This document shows, piece after piece, positions 12,512-23,622 of a stretch of DNA of 64,000 bases; position 1 is the first letter of the stretch; every line of letters starts with the position of its first letter. A model generated the notes under the pieces. The model was not told where the DNA came from and did no database searches. It saw only the letters and a list, made by a program, of their open reading frames with translations. Source of the DNA: Blastocladiella emersonii ATCC 22665 (lineage: Eukaryota > Fungi > Blastocladiomycota); the NCBI GenBank assembly GCA_025594325.1, contig JANHCV010000008.1, forward strand, positions 1,240,001-1,304,000, given 5' to 3'. A program made the position numbers and the translations under genes.

Positions 12512-15500
12512 TCAATCAATCTCTACAATCCGATCGTCCTCGTCGATCCGTTGGTCCCCATCACGCGTCGCGTCACTCGAGGTCACAGCGAGCGGCACGC
12601 GATACTGAGTCCCATGCGCGGGAAAAGCGGGTAGTAGCACGGCGCGATACAGGTGCTGATGAGCGCGGGCAAAAAAGTGCGCGTCAAACACGCCGTCGCA
12701 ATTGTTCACGAACTTGCCCGACGCCGAAAGGTTTGCAAGCTCAAACCAACCAAAGACCGTCATTGCGTAGTTATACGGGACCTTGATGCGCATCCTGTGC
12801 GCACCGCCGGTGGGTTCGCGCGGACGGTACTCGTCCGCAAGCGCCTTGAGGAACGGTGCGTTCGATTTGCGCGGCGGAGGAACCAGCGCACCGCGACAGC
12901 CAAGGTACGGGTGCGGGATGTAGAAGAAGTCGAGGATGGGCGTGTGCCCACGCGATGCGTCATGGGGCGGGATCACTGGCATGCGGCGCAGAACGAGGAC
13001 AGCCATGTTCGGGCCCGCGTCAAAGCGGTCGTCAAGGCCCTCGGTGAACAGCTCGATGACGCGCATGCCGCGGCTGAACGCGCCAAAGAGATGCTGCGAA
13101 AGCACGCGAAGGAACATGGCGCAATCCACACTTGAGGGACTCTCCCGCGAGTCGAAGTCAGCAGCGGAGCCCGAGTCCATCCAGCCTTGGACAAGCGCGG
13201 CCTCGTCAGCAGTCGCGGCAAAACGCAGCGTGCGGAGCGCTGCTTGTTGATCCGCGCGGTCCGCCACGCCCACCGGGTACAAATCGTGGTAGTCGGCGAT
13301 GCAATAAAAGTGGGGACCAAGACCGATTGCACGCATGACTGGGTTGAGCCCGCGCAAGAGATCAAGCTTCAAGGATGATTTCCGGACGGTTTGAAGCGAC
13401 TCGGCAACGACACCGCACGGCAGTTGGTAAGACTGCGCGATGTCGTTCACAAAGACAAGAATTGCACCCTCGTGCCTGGCACCGTCCATGGAGCAGGAGA
13501 ACTGGGCGTTTGCATGAGAGCGCGGGATCGAGAGCGTAAGCTGAATCCGCTTGTCGTCCTCGATGGCGAGAATGGGCGTCAGAAGCGGATTCTGGGCTGG
13601 CGGCATCGTGCCTTCGTTGTTGAAGCTGAGGTAGCGGGTGGCCGCGGCGAATGTAGCGATACACGAGGGACCAGAGAAAAGCCAGCCCACGGGTACTCGA
13701 CTCAACGAAACCGAGGTGAGCGGCACAAGGACCTCGCCGTCAATACCACAGGGTCCGCGAGCAAATCGGACCGAAACGTCGTGAAGGTTCGCGGGTCCGT
13801 TGATTGCATACTGCGAAACGTAAGAAACAACGCGCAACTGTTGTCTGTCGAGGCCACTGGGCGTCACGATGAGACTTCCAAACTGGTGCCCGCCGCCTAT
13901 CCCAAGACGCATGGTAGAGAGCGGAAGCTTGACGCTGGCCGATGTAAATGCAGCTTGGTCAAGCGTGCCCTCAATGCGATGCACAAATTTGGCACCAGAC
14001 ATGCCCTCGACGCGGATCGGGAAGCCATAGAGCTGCGCCTGGGCAAAGATTTCCGCCACGCACGAAGTCAAGGACGGAGTGTCGCGAATCGCGGACCAGA
14101 GTCGGTGCATGTCGGGCCACGGTGGGGCTACGAGTTGCTTAGCGCCCGTCCAAGTTAGACGGCCCGAGGCGAAAGCAAAGGCCATCATTTTGGGCAGCAG
14201 GGCGCCCGTAGCACGAGGTCCGGCTGTGTGCGCGAGTTCCAGGTTAGCGAAGCGTCGATCATGTGTAGCGCGGCGAGCGTACCTAGTTTGCCAGCAAGCG
14301 CCGTAGCACCGGAACCAAGCAGCTCCACAATCCACTGCATGAGCGCGTCGAAGAGGTAGCCAGACTGGCTCAGCGAGACGGGTACGGTCGGCGCGTTGAG
14401 CTTGAAGAAAGTTAACTCTTCGCGGCAACGACCAGCGCGACGCATGACCTGGTCGGTGCTCCAAGCAAAGCGCGAGAGGTGCGTCGGCCAGGAATCCGCG
14501 ACTGGGCGCTGCAGAAGATTGACGCCAAGAAAAGAGGGTATCGCCTCAAGCGGGAAACCAGTCACACGCTCGAGGAACTCGATGCGCGAGGGGGCGATCG
14601 AGTAGACGTGGTCGTGGTCGATCCAAGTGTTGATCAGCGAGCGGCCGTGAACCCAGTGCGTTGAGAGAAGCGGCGACGCGTGTAAAAGCAAGTTGAGTAG
14701 CCCGGACGTGTCCATCAAGTTGCCCGTCTCGATGACGTTGAACCGAAGCAGCTTCTGCTCAATTTGAAGCTGTTGCTGAGGGAAAAGCTTTGGCTTGGGC
14801 TCGGCCGGGTGGCAGATCTGGGGCTCCGACAAGAGCCGCTCCATGACAGCGATAGGATGCCCGACCGTGAAAACAAGCTTGCACATGAACGCAGCGTTTG
14901 GCGGCTTGCCCACCCAGTCAGAAGCAGGTGTGATTTCCCTGATGCGCGCAGGACGATCGCCCCGTATACCAAAAACGTGGAGCGCTTGAACATATTGGTC
15001 CAGCGCGCACTCCATGCTCCCGCGTACATCGTTTGGGTCGACATCAAACACATCAAGCGGCGAAACGTCGATTGGGGCGGAGAACTAAAGCTTGCCTTCG
15101 CCGCCAACAAGAAGCATGGTCGGGTTCACAGAAAGGGAGGCAGGGGATTCAGCGACAGCCGGGCCAACAAAAAACGCTCCGTGGCTGAGAAGCGGACGAA
15201 TTTGGCTTTCCAAGACTGCAGCATCGGGGCAGTCTTCACCGTGCACGTTACGTGCGTTCTCAACGAATCGGTTGATGGCGGATTGCACGTAATCGCGAGC
15301 TCCAGAACATTGCTGAGACTTGGCAAAGTAGTCGCCGCGCTCCGTGACCAGCCGCTCGGGTGACCAGTCGCAGTTGAGCCACGACTGCCAACAGCACACA
15401 ACGGCGTACACCGTCTCCTTGTCGAGCAGTCGAACCGCAAAGTCCTCGTAAGTCCAGAGGGGAACGGGATAACCAAGGCAGACACGAAGCTGCTCCGTCC

Positions 15501-15969
15501 AAAACTCGCGAGCCGCTGGCTCGAGAAAGAGCGAGTAAGTTAGCTGACCAATGTAACGAGTGACTCGGTCCCGGGTGGCAACGTCAGTGAAACTCTGTTG
15601 AGTAAGGGTGCGATGAACGAGCAAGTTGCGAGCAATCACCTCCGGGCGCGTGTCGCTAAGGACAAAGAGGAAGTCGGCGCCACGCGCATACTTGCGCTTG
15701 GCTTCCTGAAACGTGCGTGCAACGTCGCGCAAGTCACCGCACTGAAACACGAGCGCATCGAGGCGGTTGAAAGCGCGCGGGTTGTGGTGGATAAACAGAT
15801 CGCGCGCATACGACCGGCCGTAGGGGTAGTACGGGTCCGTGTCCTCGTTGAGAGCGAGCGTTGTGCAAGTCAAGGACGGGGTTGGCGTTTGGGGGGCGAC
15901 CTTAACGGCAGGGGTATTTCCCTGACCTTTGGGGCCGCCGTTGCGGCCAGTCTTTTTCTTATTCTTCAT
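12512..15969 (-). pseudogene. DUF4470-domain protein, copy 2; in-frame TAG at 15085-15087; intron 14224-14282
   Basis: YYPYGRSYARDLF...VFQCGDLRDVARTF...FVLSDTRPEVIARNLLV. ORFs 15085-16041 and 14185-15051 share a frame across one TAG. A GTACGC...GCTAAC...CAG intron joins the 12512-14464 frame. Confidence 0.75.
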
Positions 15970-16601
15970 CGGTTTACATGTGCAGGGGAGTGAGAAGCGG
16001 CACGAGGGCGCGCCGGCGAACTCGATCGACCAACCCGCCACGTCACTTGACCGGCGCCTGGGTCACATGATATCGGAACGCGTCTTTGTCTCCCAGCCTC
16101 AACGCGCGCGTCAGTGTCGATACGACGAAGGGCAATTAAACAAGTACGTAACTCCTCGAGTGTTTTGAGATGCGGAACAAAGCTGAGCTCGAGTGGTGGA
16201 GGAAGCAACCGAAGGGCGGGGTTGTGAAAGCGCAGCGTTGCGGGGCTCGTCCAGGTGTTTCAAACAAATCGTGTTCTTGTCCAGCGGTTGACTCTTGGGT
16301 CAAATTTGCCTATGTGTGTCATACATGCAGGCCTCACTACTTGGCCAAGGTTGGTCATGTGTATTCCGCAGGCGCGTGGGAGTTTGTGGGAAAAACAGTC
16401 GGTAGACGAAGACAACTTTGGTTCGGTTCTCAGCGACCGTTCAGTTCAGTGATGCGTTGTCTTCGACGAGAGCTAAGTACTCACGGCACCAAAATATCGC
16501 GCTATCCACTAGGCGTGTGTGCTGCGCACACACTTGGGTCTCAGCTGTAGCTTTACTTGGCTTCTTGAGACTGTTTCAGTTGGTGAAAGTGAAGTAGTTT
16601 A

Positions 16602-16820
16602 TCAATTCTCAATCCTGCTCAGCAGGGACAGTCGCTCCATGTCCTTCGCCACGTGCTGTAATGCCTTCTGCACGAGAACCCAACTGTTGAACCGGATGAT
16701 GAGGATGTCCTCGGTCCTGCGCGCTCGAGAGAGGACCATGTACGGGTACCGGGCAGGAAAACGATGCGGGAGCTTGGGGTCGCCGAAGTCGGCAATGACC
16801 TTGTTCAGGGTCATCGTTGT
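16602..16820 (-). pseudogene. Fragment resembling the C-terminus of a PIF1/RecD-like SF1B helicase (possible Helitron-type remnant)
   Basis: MTLNKVIADFG...YPYMVLSRARRTEDILIIRF resembles helicase motifs V-VI (QGxTLxKVxxD...YVALSRxR). The upstream helicase motifs are absent. Confidence 0.45.
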
Positions 16821-17028
16821 GAGAACACGAACGCGAGCGCCGACGCGACGCGTCACGCAACGCGTCTTTGAAACGCGTTCTCAGAGTTCAGGGGTGAACT
16901 CTTTGAGCTCGCCAGTCGACGGGCACCTCACAAATTCGAGTAGTAACCAGTTGGAAGAAAAAGAGTTTGGAATATATCAGACAGCGGAAGTATTTTTGAA
17001 AGAAACGAAGGAAGGAACAGGATCAGGA

Positions 17029-17520
17029 TCAGGCCGAGCGGTCCTTGCCCTTGCCCTTGGCGGGACCGCGACGCGCGCGCTTGGTCGGCGAGGCTGGCGG
17101 GGTCTTGACCGTCTTGTTCTTGTCGCGGCCCTTGGCCTTGGTGGCCGGCCATCTTGCGCGCGCGGCTTGACGACGACGACGGGCCTGACTCGCACTCGCT
17201 CTCCTCCTCGTCAGCGTTGACCTCCTCATTGGCCTCCGAGTCGACAACGATCTTGGTGATGTTCTTGTTCTTGGTCACGGCGGACGACGACGCGGGAACC
17301 ACGGTCATGTCGGACTCGCTGCCGACGTCGTCCCACTCCTGCAGGTTGATGTCGAGCTCCTGGACGACGGCCGACGCCGCGGGTCCCGACGGCGTCGTGG
17401 CGCTGCCGGACGTGGTGCTGCCCGACGTGGTGCCGCCCGACGGCGCGTTGACGGACGCCGAGGTGGAAGTCGGCGAGCGGGTGGTCTCAAAGAGCGTCGA
17501 CGAGCAGCGGCAAGCGCGAG
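17029..17520 (-). pseudogene. Low-complexity Ser/Thr-, acidic- and Lys-rich ORF remnant, frameshifted
   Basis: GC3-rich open frames (TTSG repeats, EEESECES, KTPPASPTKRARRGPAKGKGK) split between two frames near 17150. No in-frame ATG found upstream. Confidence 0.3.
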
Positions 17521-18975
17521 CGAGCGGGCGTGGAGTGGGAGAGCTTCCGAGGGCGCGAAAATGCAGCCAGACAGGATTGATGTCAGGTCACGTGATGCTG
17601 AACAGTCAGTTTCGAGCGAGGTCCGTCTCGTCGCGCCTGCGCACGGGAACCGCTGCACAGGACCTCGCTCCCCTCGAAGTGAACAGCCTCGAACTGTTGG
17701 GGACTAGGCAAAGCACAGTCCAGATTTACGTTGCAGGGGTCGGAATGAAGTGAAAGCGAAAAACAACGGAACTCGTCGCGCGACGAAAATCGAAAACGGT
17801 CACTGAGCCACTCATGTGACCACAAGAGCAAGGTTGATGTGCCTGATAGGTTTCAATTGCTCCCACAGAAACTCAGCTTCGCTAAAGCTACAGCTGAGAA
17901 TATTTTCTTATGAACGCCGTTCCTTTTTTCTACCAAAACACTCTGCATACGTCGCCATTTCTCACTTTCTCAGGCAACGACAAGAATCTTTAGTCTCGTC
18001 CTTGCTGCTTGCTCCGATTTCAGCTGCAAGGTGCAACCCGTGTGGTGTTCGCTTCCCAGTCGACGGGTTCCAGCGCCACCGCAAGTTGGTGATCCACCGC
18101 AGCAACGTTGTTCAGTTTGTGCAGTGGGCTATTAGGAAATCGAAGGCCACTGGGCGTTGCGATGATCCCCGCACAAAACAGTCGGTAAATTGAGTTACTT
18201 TCAACTACTTCTCCGGCGAGGCGCGCGAGGCGCGATTGGACGGGCTTCACGCCTTCTGCACCTTCAAGTTTGATCGCGACGACGTGTTTGCCACGCTAAG
18301 GCTCGACACCGCCAGCGGACACGGCCGTTCCTTTGTTCGCGAGTATAACGCGTGGGCCGACACGCTCTCCATCTCGTCGCTCGTGAAGCAAAGCTGGGCG
18401 TGGCTCCCTCGCACCACCGCTATCGACGGCCTCAGCATCTCGCCCGCCCTCGTCAAGAATGTCGACATTCACCGGTTTGGCACAGTCAAGCCCGCGACTT
18501 TGAACGCTGCACCGCGCGACTCTAGCCCGTTGCGGGCCTTGAAGGCCGAGACGCCTTTGGCTGGGTCTAACGCGTCTCGACATGCTTCCCGCCGCCGCGG
18601 ACACAAATAGGTTTGAAAGCTCACGAATGAAATCATCAACCACGCGTTTTTGATCGAACTACTTGCATTGGGGGACAGTTACTTCACCGCGAGAGGATGC
18701 CTGAAAGCTTGACGAGTCCCTAGGTCACGTGCGGGTGACCAACGCGAGACCGCTGCAGGTTTTCAGCTCCCTTGGCAATGAATCGCTGCGATTTGTTTCA
18801 GTGTCCAGGTTTGACGGGAATCTGCCTGCATCAAGCTAGGCCGAGACATGCAGTGTACCCCGTTCGCTCACGCGGATGGACACGAGCTGGACAGCAAACG
18901 TTGCCCGCTTGAAGCTCAACGAGTTGTTGGGCATATTTCTCCCTTCTGATTTAAATCAATCGACTGTAACTTGCC

Positions 18976-20743
18976 ATGGAACAAAAAACGTGTAAAACTG
19001 ATTCAGCTCGCTCTGGGACAGGCGGTGCTTGGCGTCCGCGGTGGTCCCACGGTGGAGTGGACGCGGAGACGGCTTTCCCTTCGACCCCGGCGTGGGTACC
19101 CAATGCAGCGCGCACGGAGCTTCCACAGTGGAAACCCAGATCAGGGCGCGCGCAGAGAGACGCCGCTTCGATCCATGCTTCCGTACCGGCCCAGACGGAG
19201 CATGGGCCCGAATCTTGTTGGACTTCGGCACCGTTTCCTGGCCCACGGATTGATGCCGCGCTTCAGGAGAGCCTCCTTGCTTTGACGGACGTGACTTGCG
19301 TGATCAATCCAGTCGATGGATTCCAGCTCGCGGTTGCCGATCGCAAGTGTTCGTATGTCATTTGCGTGAAAACCTTTCACCATCATTCGATTCCGCAGAT
19401 TCTCAAAGCTCGGCGTCTCATCGAGCAGTTTCTCGGCCAGATCCAGCTCAAGTTCAGTTGTCCGCTTCTCTCCCTTCTTGCGCTCCCGAGAATCGACTCC
19501 GAAATCGAATGGTCTGCTCTACCAGACGGTGCGCTCAGCGCGGGCATTCTTGACGCTCCACCGCCATATTTCCGACTTGTACGCGCGCACGAGGAGACCC
19601 TTCCCATCTCTGCGCTGCATGGGTCTGGTCTTGCAGAACTTGACAACGAATATGATCCCTGGGGCATCGCTTTCAACAATATGCGACCGCGCAAGCATCA
19701 ACAGACGCTGCAGCTTCTTCCACCTTCTTCGCACGACAAGCTTGTCTCGATCTTTGTTCAACGTCGCCGGCAAGTCTTTGACTGGGCAGAAAAGATTGAT
19801 CCATCGCGTCGACCCGTGGTCAAGCTCAAGGGAAGTCTTGGCGACTTGATTTTCTCCGCCCGTCGCATCGCGGGTCCACTCGCCGAGGCGCTTCCAGACG
19901 AGGACGAGCCTTTCCGATACAAGTTTACCGCTGGCAATCTCATGGCTTCACTTGGCTCTTCCGAGGTCAAGTCGTCGTTTTGCCTTTGGCTTCCGCAACT
20001 GGATATCGCCTGTGCGACGTCGCAACTGTTGCTGCTTGGATTCACGCCTTCCACCGAGCTTCGCTCCAAGGTCACGGTTCTCTTCCGTCTTAGCAACAGT
20101 AACCTTGTTTGCGGCGGCAAGCGGGCCGACGAGTACCGCGCCATTTTCCGCTTCGTGCCTGCGGCCGGTGGTATTCCTGCGCACTTCCATCTCGACAAGC
20201 TTATCATGCAGGCCGTACCTGTGCACAAGGTCTCGGTCATCACCCCCGGCTCGCTCGGGTACCGCATTCGCCAAACATACCAACAGTTTGATCGCACGAC
20301 GGCCGACCGCACCGTCCACCCTGACGCGCACGCCGTGCTGCCCTTGATCGTGGATTACCTGCATGACAATCTCGCCACCATCGAGGCCGTCTTGACCTGG
20401 TCCAAGCTTGACGACTCTTTGACCTTTCCTGTCACCTCCCCGTCGCGTGGACTGGCGTCCGAGCCTTCTGCTCAACGTGTTCGCCAAGCGCGTGATGCGG
20501 TTCGAAAACGGCGACACGAGCGTCTCGGTCTGCCGCTGGACAAAAGTGTTCCAAAAGGGCAGACGCGATGCTTCGGATCTCAAGACGAGTCAGACGGTGA
20601 CCACCGTCACAGTGCACCATGCGCGGTACCACGAGCTTGCTGCCGCCGGAGATGCGAAGGCGGCCGACGCGTGCGTGGGCGAGTTTGTTGCGACCATGGC
20701 CACGCTGGCGCGGGTTCTGAACCGAACGGGTTCGGCGGAGTAG
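18976..20743 (+). pseudogene. Unknown-family protein, tandem paralog 1; frameshift near 20480
   Basis: Shares WTSxPFPGPxID, KARRxxEQFLGQIQL, AGILDAPPPYFRL and VVKLKGxxGDLIFSAxRIAGPLA with 20960-22601. The shared C-terminus (RFENGDT...HARYHELAA) lies in the 20447-20743 frame. Confidence 0.7.
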
Positions 20744-20959
20744 AGTGCGGGTGGAGAATGCCAGTGTGATGTTTTGATATACGCAGTTAGTCACATCTCA
20801 TGTGCACTGAGGAGGAGAGCGGGGTAATCTCGCGTTGCGCCACAAGACAGAAGTGGCAGGCGTGTCATGAGATGAGTGAGCCCGGCGTTTCAAACGCGAA
20901 AGCGCGGAGAAGCTTCGAGTGGCGTCCTTTCCCTCGCAACAACTACCCCCGATCCTGCA

Positions 20960-22601
20960 ATGAAACGAAACTCACGGAAACAGATGTATGGGCGCTCTCG
21001 GCCTGCCGCGCGCCCGGCTCCCCCTGTGGACCTTGGCCCCGACGGGTCTTGGACGTCGCCGCCGTTCCCCGGTCCGAACATCGACTCGATGCTTGTAAGC
21101 GAGCTTTCTGCCTTACCTGGAGTGCGGTACTCGATTGACCAGGAATATCACGCGGAGCTTGGCCCCGCGGACGGTGATCGCAAGTGCACGCACGTCGTCC
21201 GCGTGCGCGCCGTGGACCGACTTGGGATTCCCGACGTTGCCAAAGCTCGCCGCTCTGTCGAGCAGTTTCTCGGCCAAATCCAGCTCGAGTTCATGTGCCC
21301 GCTTCTCTCTTTCCTTGTTCTCCCATCTGCGCACGCCGAGCTCGAGTGGGCGGTGCTGCCCAACGGCGGACTCGTCGCGGGCATCCTTGACGCGCCGCCC
21401 CCGTACTTTCGCCTCTCGTGTGCAAGTGCGGACAGCGCCAGCTTCGCCGCCGTTTTTTCGGCCCAAGACCTTCACCTGGCCGCACTCGAAGCGGACCTGC
21501 GCGCGACGGAACTTGAGGCTTCGAAGCCGTCCAGCTTCAAACACAATCAGTCGCTGCAACTTCTTTCGCCTGCGGAGCGAGCGGAGCTCGAGCTTTTGCT
21601 TGCCGCCCGGCACCAGCAGGTCTTTGACTGGGCCAAGAAAGCCGACCCTTCGCATCAGCCCGTCGTCAAGCTCAAGGGTAATTTCGGCGATCTCATTTTC
21701 TCCGCCCATCGCATCGCAGGCCCGCTCGCCCAAGCGCTTCCCCGCAACGACGCACCCGAGGCTCAACGTATCAAGTTTGCCGCCGCCGATCTCACGGGCG
21801 CGCTTGACCGCAGCGAGGTCAAGTCGTCGTTTTGCGTGGCGCTTCCCCATTTTGACGCGGACTTGATGACTTTGCGGCTCGCTCCACTCGGGTTCAAACG
21901 TGTTCCCGACTCGCGGTACAAGATTGTCGTCATTTTCCGGCCTGCTGGGAAAAATCGGCCGAAACATTGCGTGCAGCGGTACGCGACCGGACGAGTACCG
22001 CGCGACCTTCTACTTCACGCCGGCGGACGGCGACTTGCCCGCTCGATTTGAGCTGTACCGGCTGCGCATGGACAATGTCGCGTTGCAAAAGCTCTCAGTC
22101 ATCTCGCCCGGCTCGCTCGGGTACCGCCTGCGCCAGACGTATCAGCAGCGGGAGCTTACGACGCCCGACGGCTCCGTGGATCTAAGCGCGCAGGCTACAA
22201 TTTCTTTGCTCATCGATTACCTGTCTACCAATCTCGAGACTATCGAGTCAATCTCCGAGGGCTCCAATCTCTGCACCGCGTCGACTTTCCCAGTCGCCCC
22301 GCAGCCGGCCGAGCTCGCTTCGAAGTGCACCATTGTCCTGATCTACGCGAAGCGGGTCGTGCGGTTCGAGAACGGCGACACGAACGTCTCGCTGAGCCAC
22401 TGGACCAGCGTGTACGACAAGAGCCGTCCTACGAAACGCCGCTTCGAGACGTGTCCGACCGTGGCCATGGTCACCGCGCGCCACGCTCGGTACCACGAAC
22501 TGGCCGCGGATGACGACATGAAAGCGGCCGACGCGTGTGCGCGCGAGTTTGTCGCGACCATGGGCTCGCTCGCGAGCGCGCTGAATGTCAGTGAGGAGTG
22601 A
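20960..22601 (+). pseudogene. Unknown-family protein, tandem paralog 2; frameshift near 21950
   Basis: ORFs 20876-22051 and 21900-22601 together align end to end with paralog 1. The break falls at the GGGAAAAAT run. Confidence 0.7.
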
Positions 22602-22674
22602 GCATGTTGGTTCAGGGTATACGATGTCGCTGGAGTACAAAATTTTGTATATCTATTGACTCCACGACTCAAAA

Positions 22675-23370
22675 TCAGACGCCGCGATGCACCATCGCTG
22701 CGAGCGCCGTATGTAGCGGCCCTGCTGGAGCAGCCCCGCGAACTACGTCGGGACTCTTGCGCGAGTACCGCCAAAACGGCTTGACGCGCCTGGCGCGAAT
22801 ATTGGCCATGAACTCAGGCACTGTATCCTTGGCGGCGAGGTTCCGGAGCTCCATAGCCTCGTCGATCCACATGTCGGGCGGCGCGTCGGCGCGGAGTAAA
22901 TAGGATGTGCCTGATTGCCCAGTCGACGACGCGCGGGACAAACGCTTCGCGCGCGGCGTCCTGGATCTCCGGGTGCTGGATGCTCGCGTTGAATGTGGCA
23001 AGTCGTGCCGCAATCTCGGGCCCGTGGTGGAACTGGCACGTGTACATGGCGCACTCGAACTTGTCATACAAGCTGGGCATGGTCGGCGCGAACTGCAGTG
23101 CAGGAACACGATAGCGCCGAACTTGACGTCGTTCGCGGTCCACGACCGCGTCGCGTCGAGGGCGTGCGTCTGCATGAGGCCCTTCTCCTCGAAAACGCCG
23201 GTGGGGTGCGCGAACAGCTGCGTGCAACATGTGCACTGGGCGATGATGCGCATACCGAGCATCAGTGCGAAGACCATGGCGGGCGTATCGCTGCTGTCGA
23301 CCCACGCGGCGCGCGCGTAGTGCAAGCCAAGGGGGATGGCGTAGAGCTCGATGAAGAGAAGCTGTTGCAA
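22675..23370 (-). pseudogene. Degenerate tandem duplicate of the C-terminal domain of the 23623-26387 gene
   Basis: ARAAWVDSSDT vs ARAVWVDYADT; CQFHHGPEIAARLA vs CKFHNGPKMAADLA; LRADAPPDMWIDEAMELRNL vs FRADALPGTWIDEDVEIRNL. The homology switches between frames 22675-23370 and 22814-23305. Confidence 0.75.
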
Positions 23371-23622
23371 CAGCTGACTTTCACCTGACTGCTGCGAGAC
23401 GCGTTTGGGGACACGCTTCGAGGCGAGCGCGCGAGTTCATCGAAAAGGCTTATCAACAAGTTGTATGAACCTCAGCGAGTTGCAAACCAGTTGCTTTTGA
23501 GGTATCCAACGTCTCCGCGGCCAACATAAACCGGTCCTGCTCTCCCCTTGATGTTCCTCAAGCTGCTCCAACCACGTACACAAAAAAAAACAATCAAATT
23601 CAGCCCGATCGGAACTTGTAGC

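Noticed and set aside
17816-18610. Possible gene (ORFs 17816-18193 and 18236-18610)
   Set aside because: Interrupted by a stop, with no recognisable motif and no paralog in the window. Cannot be supported.
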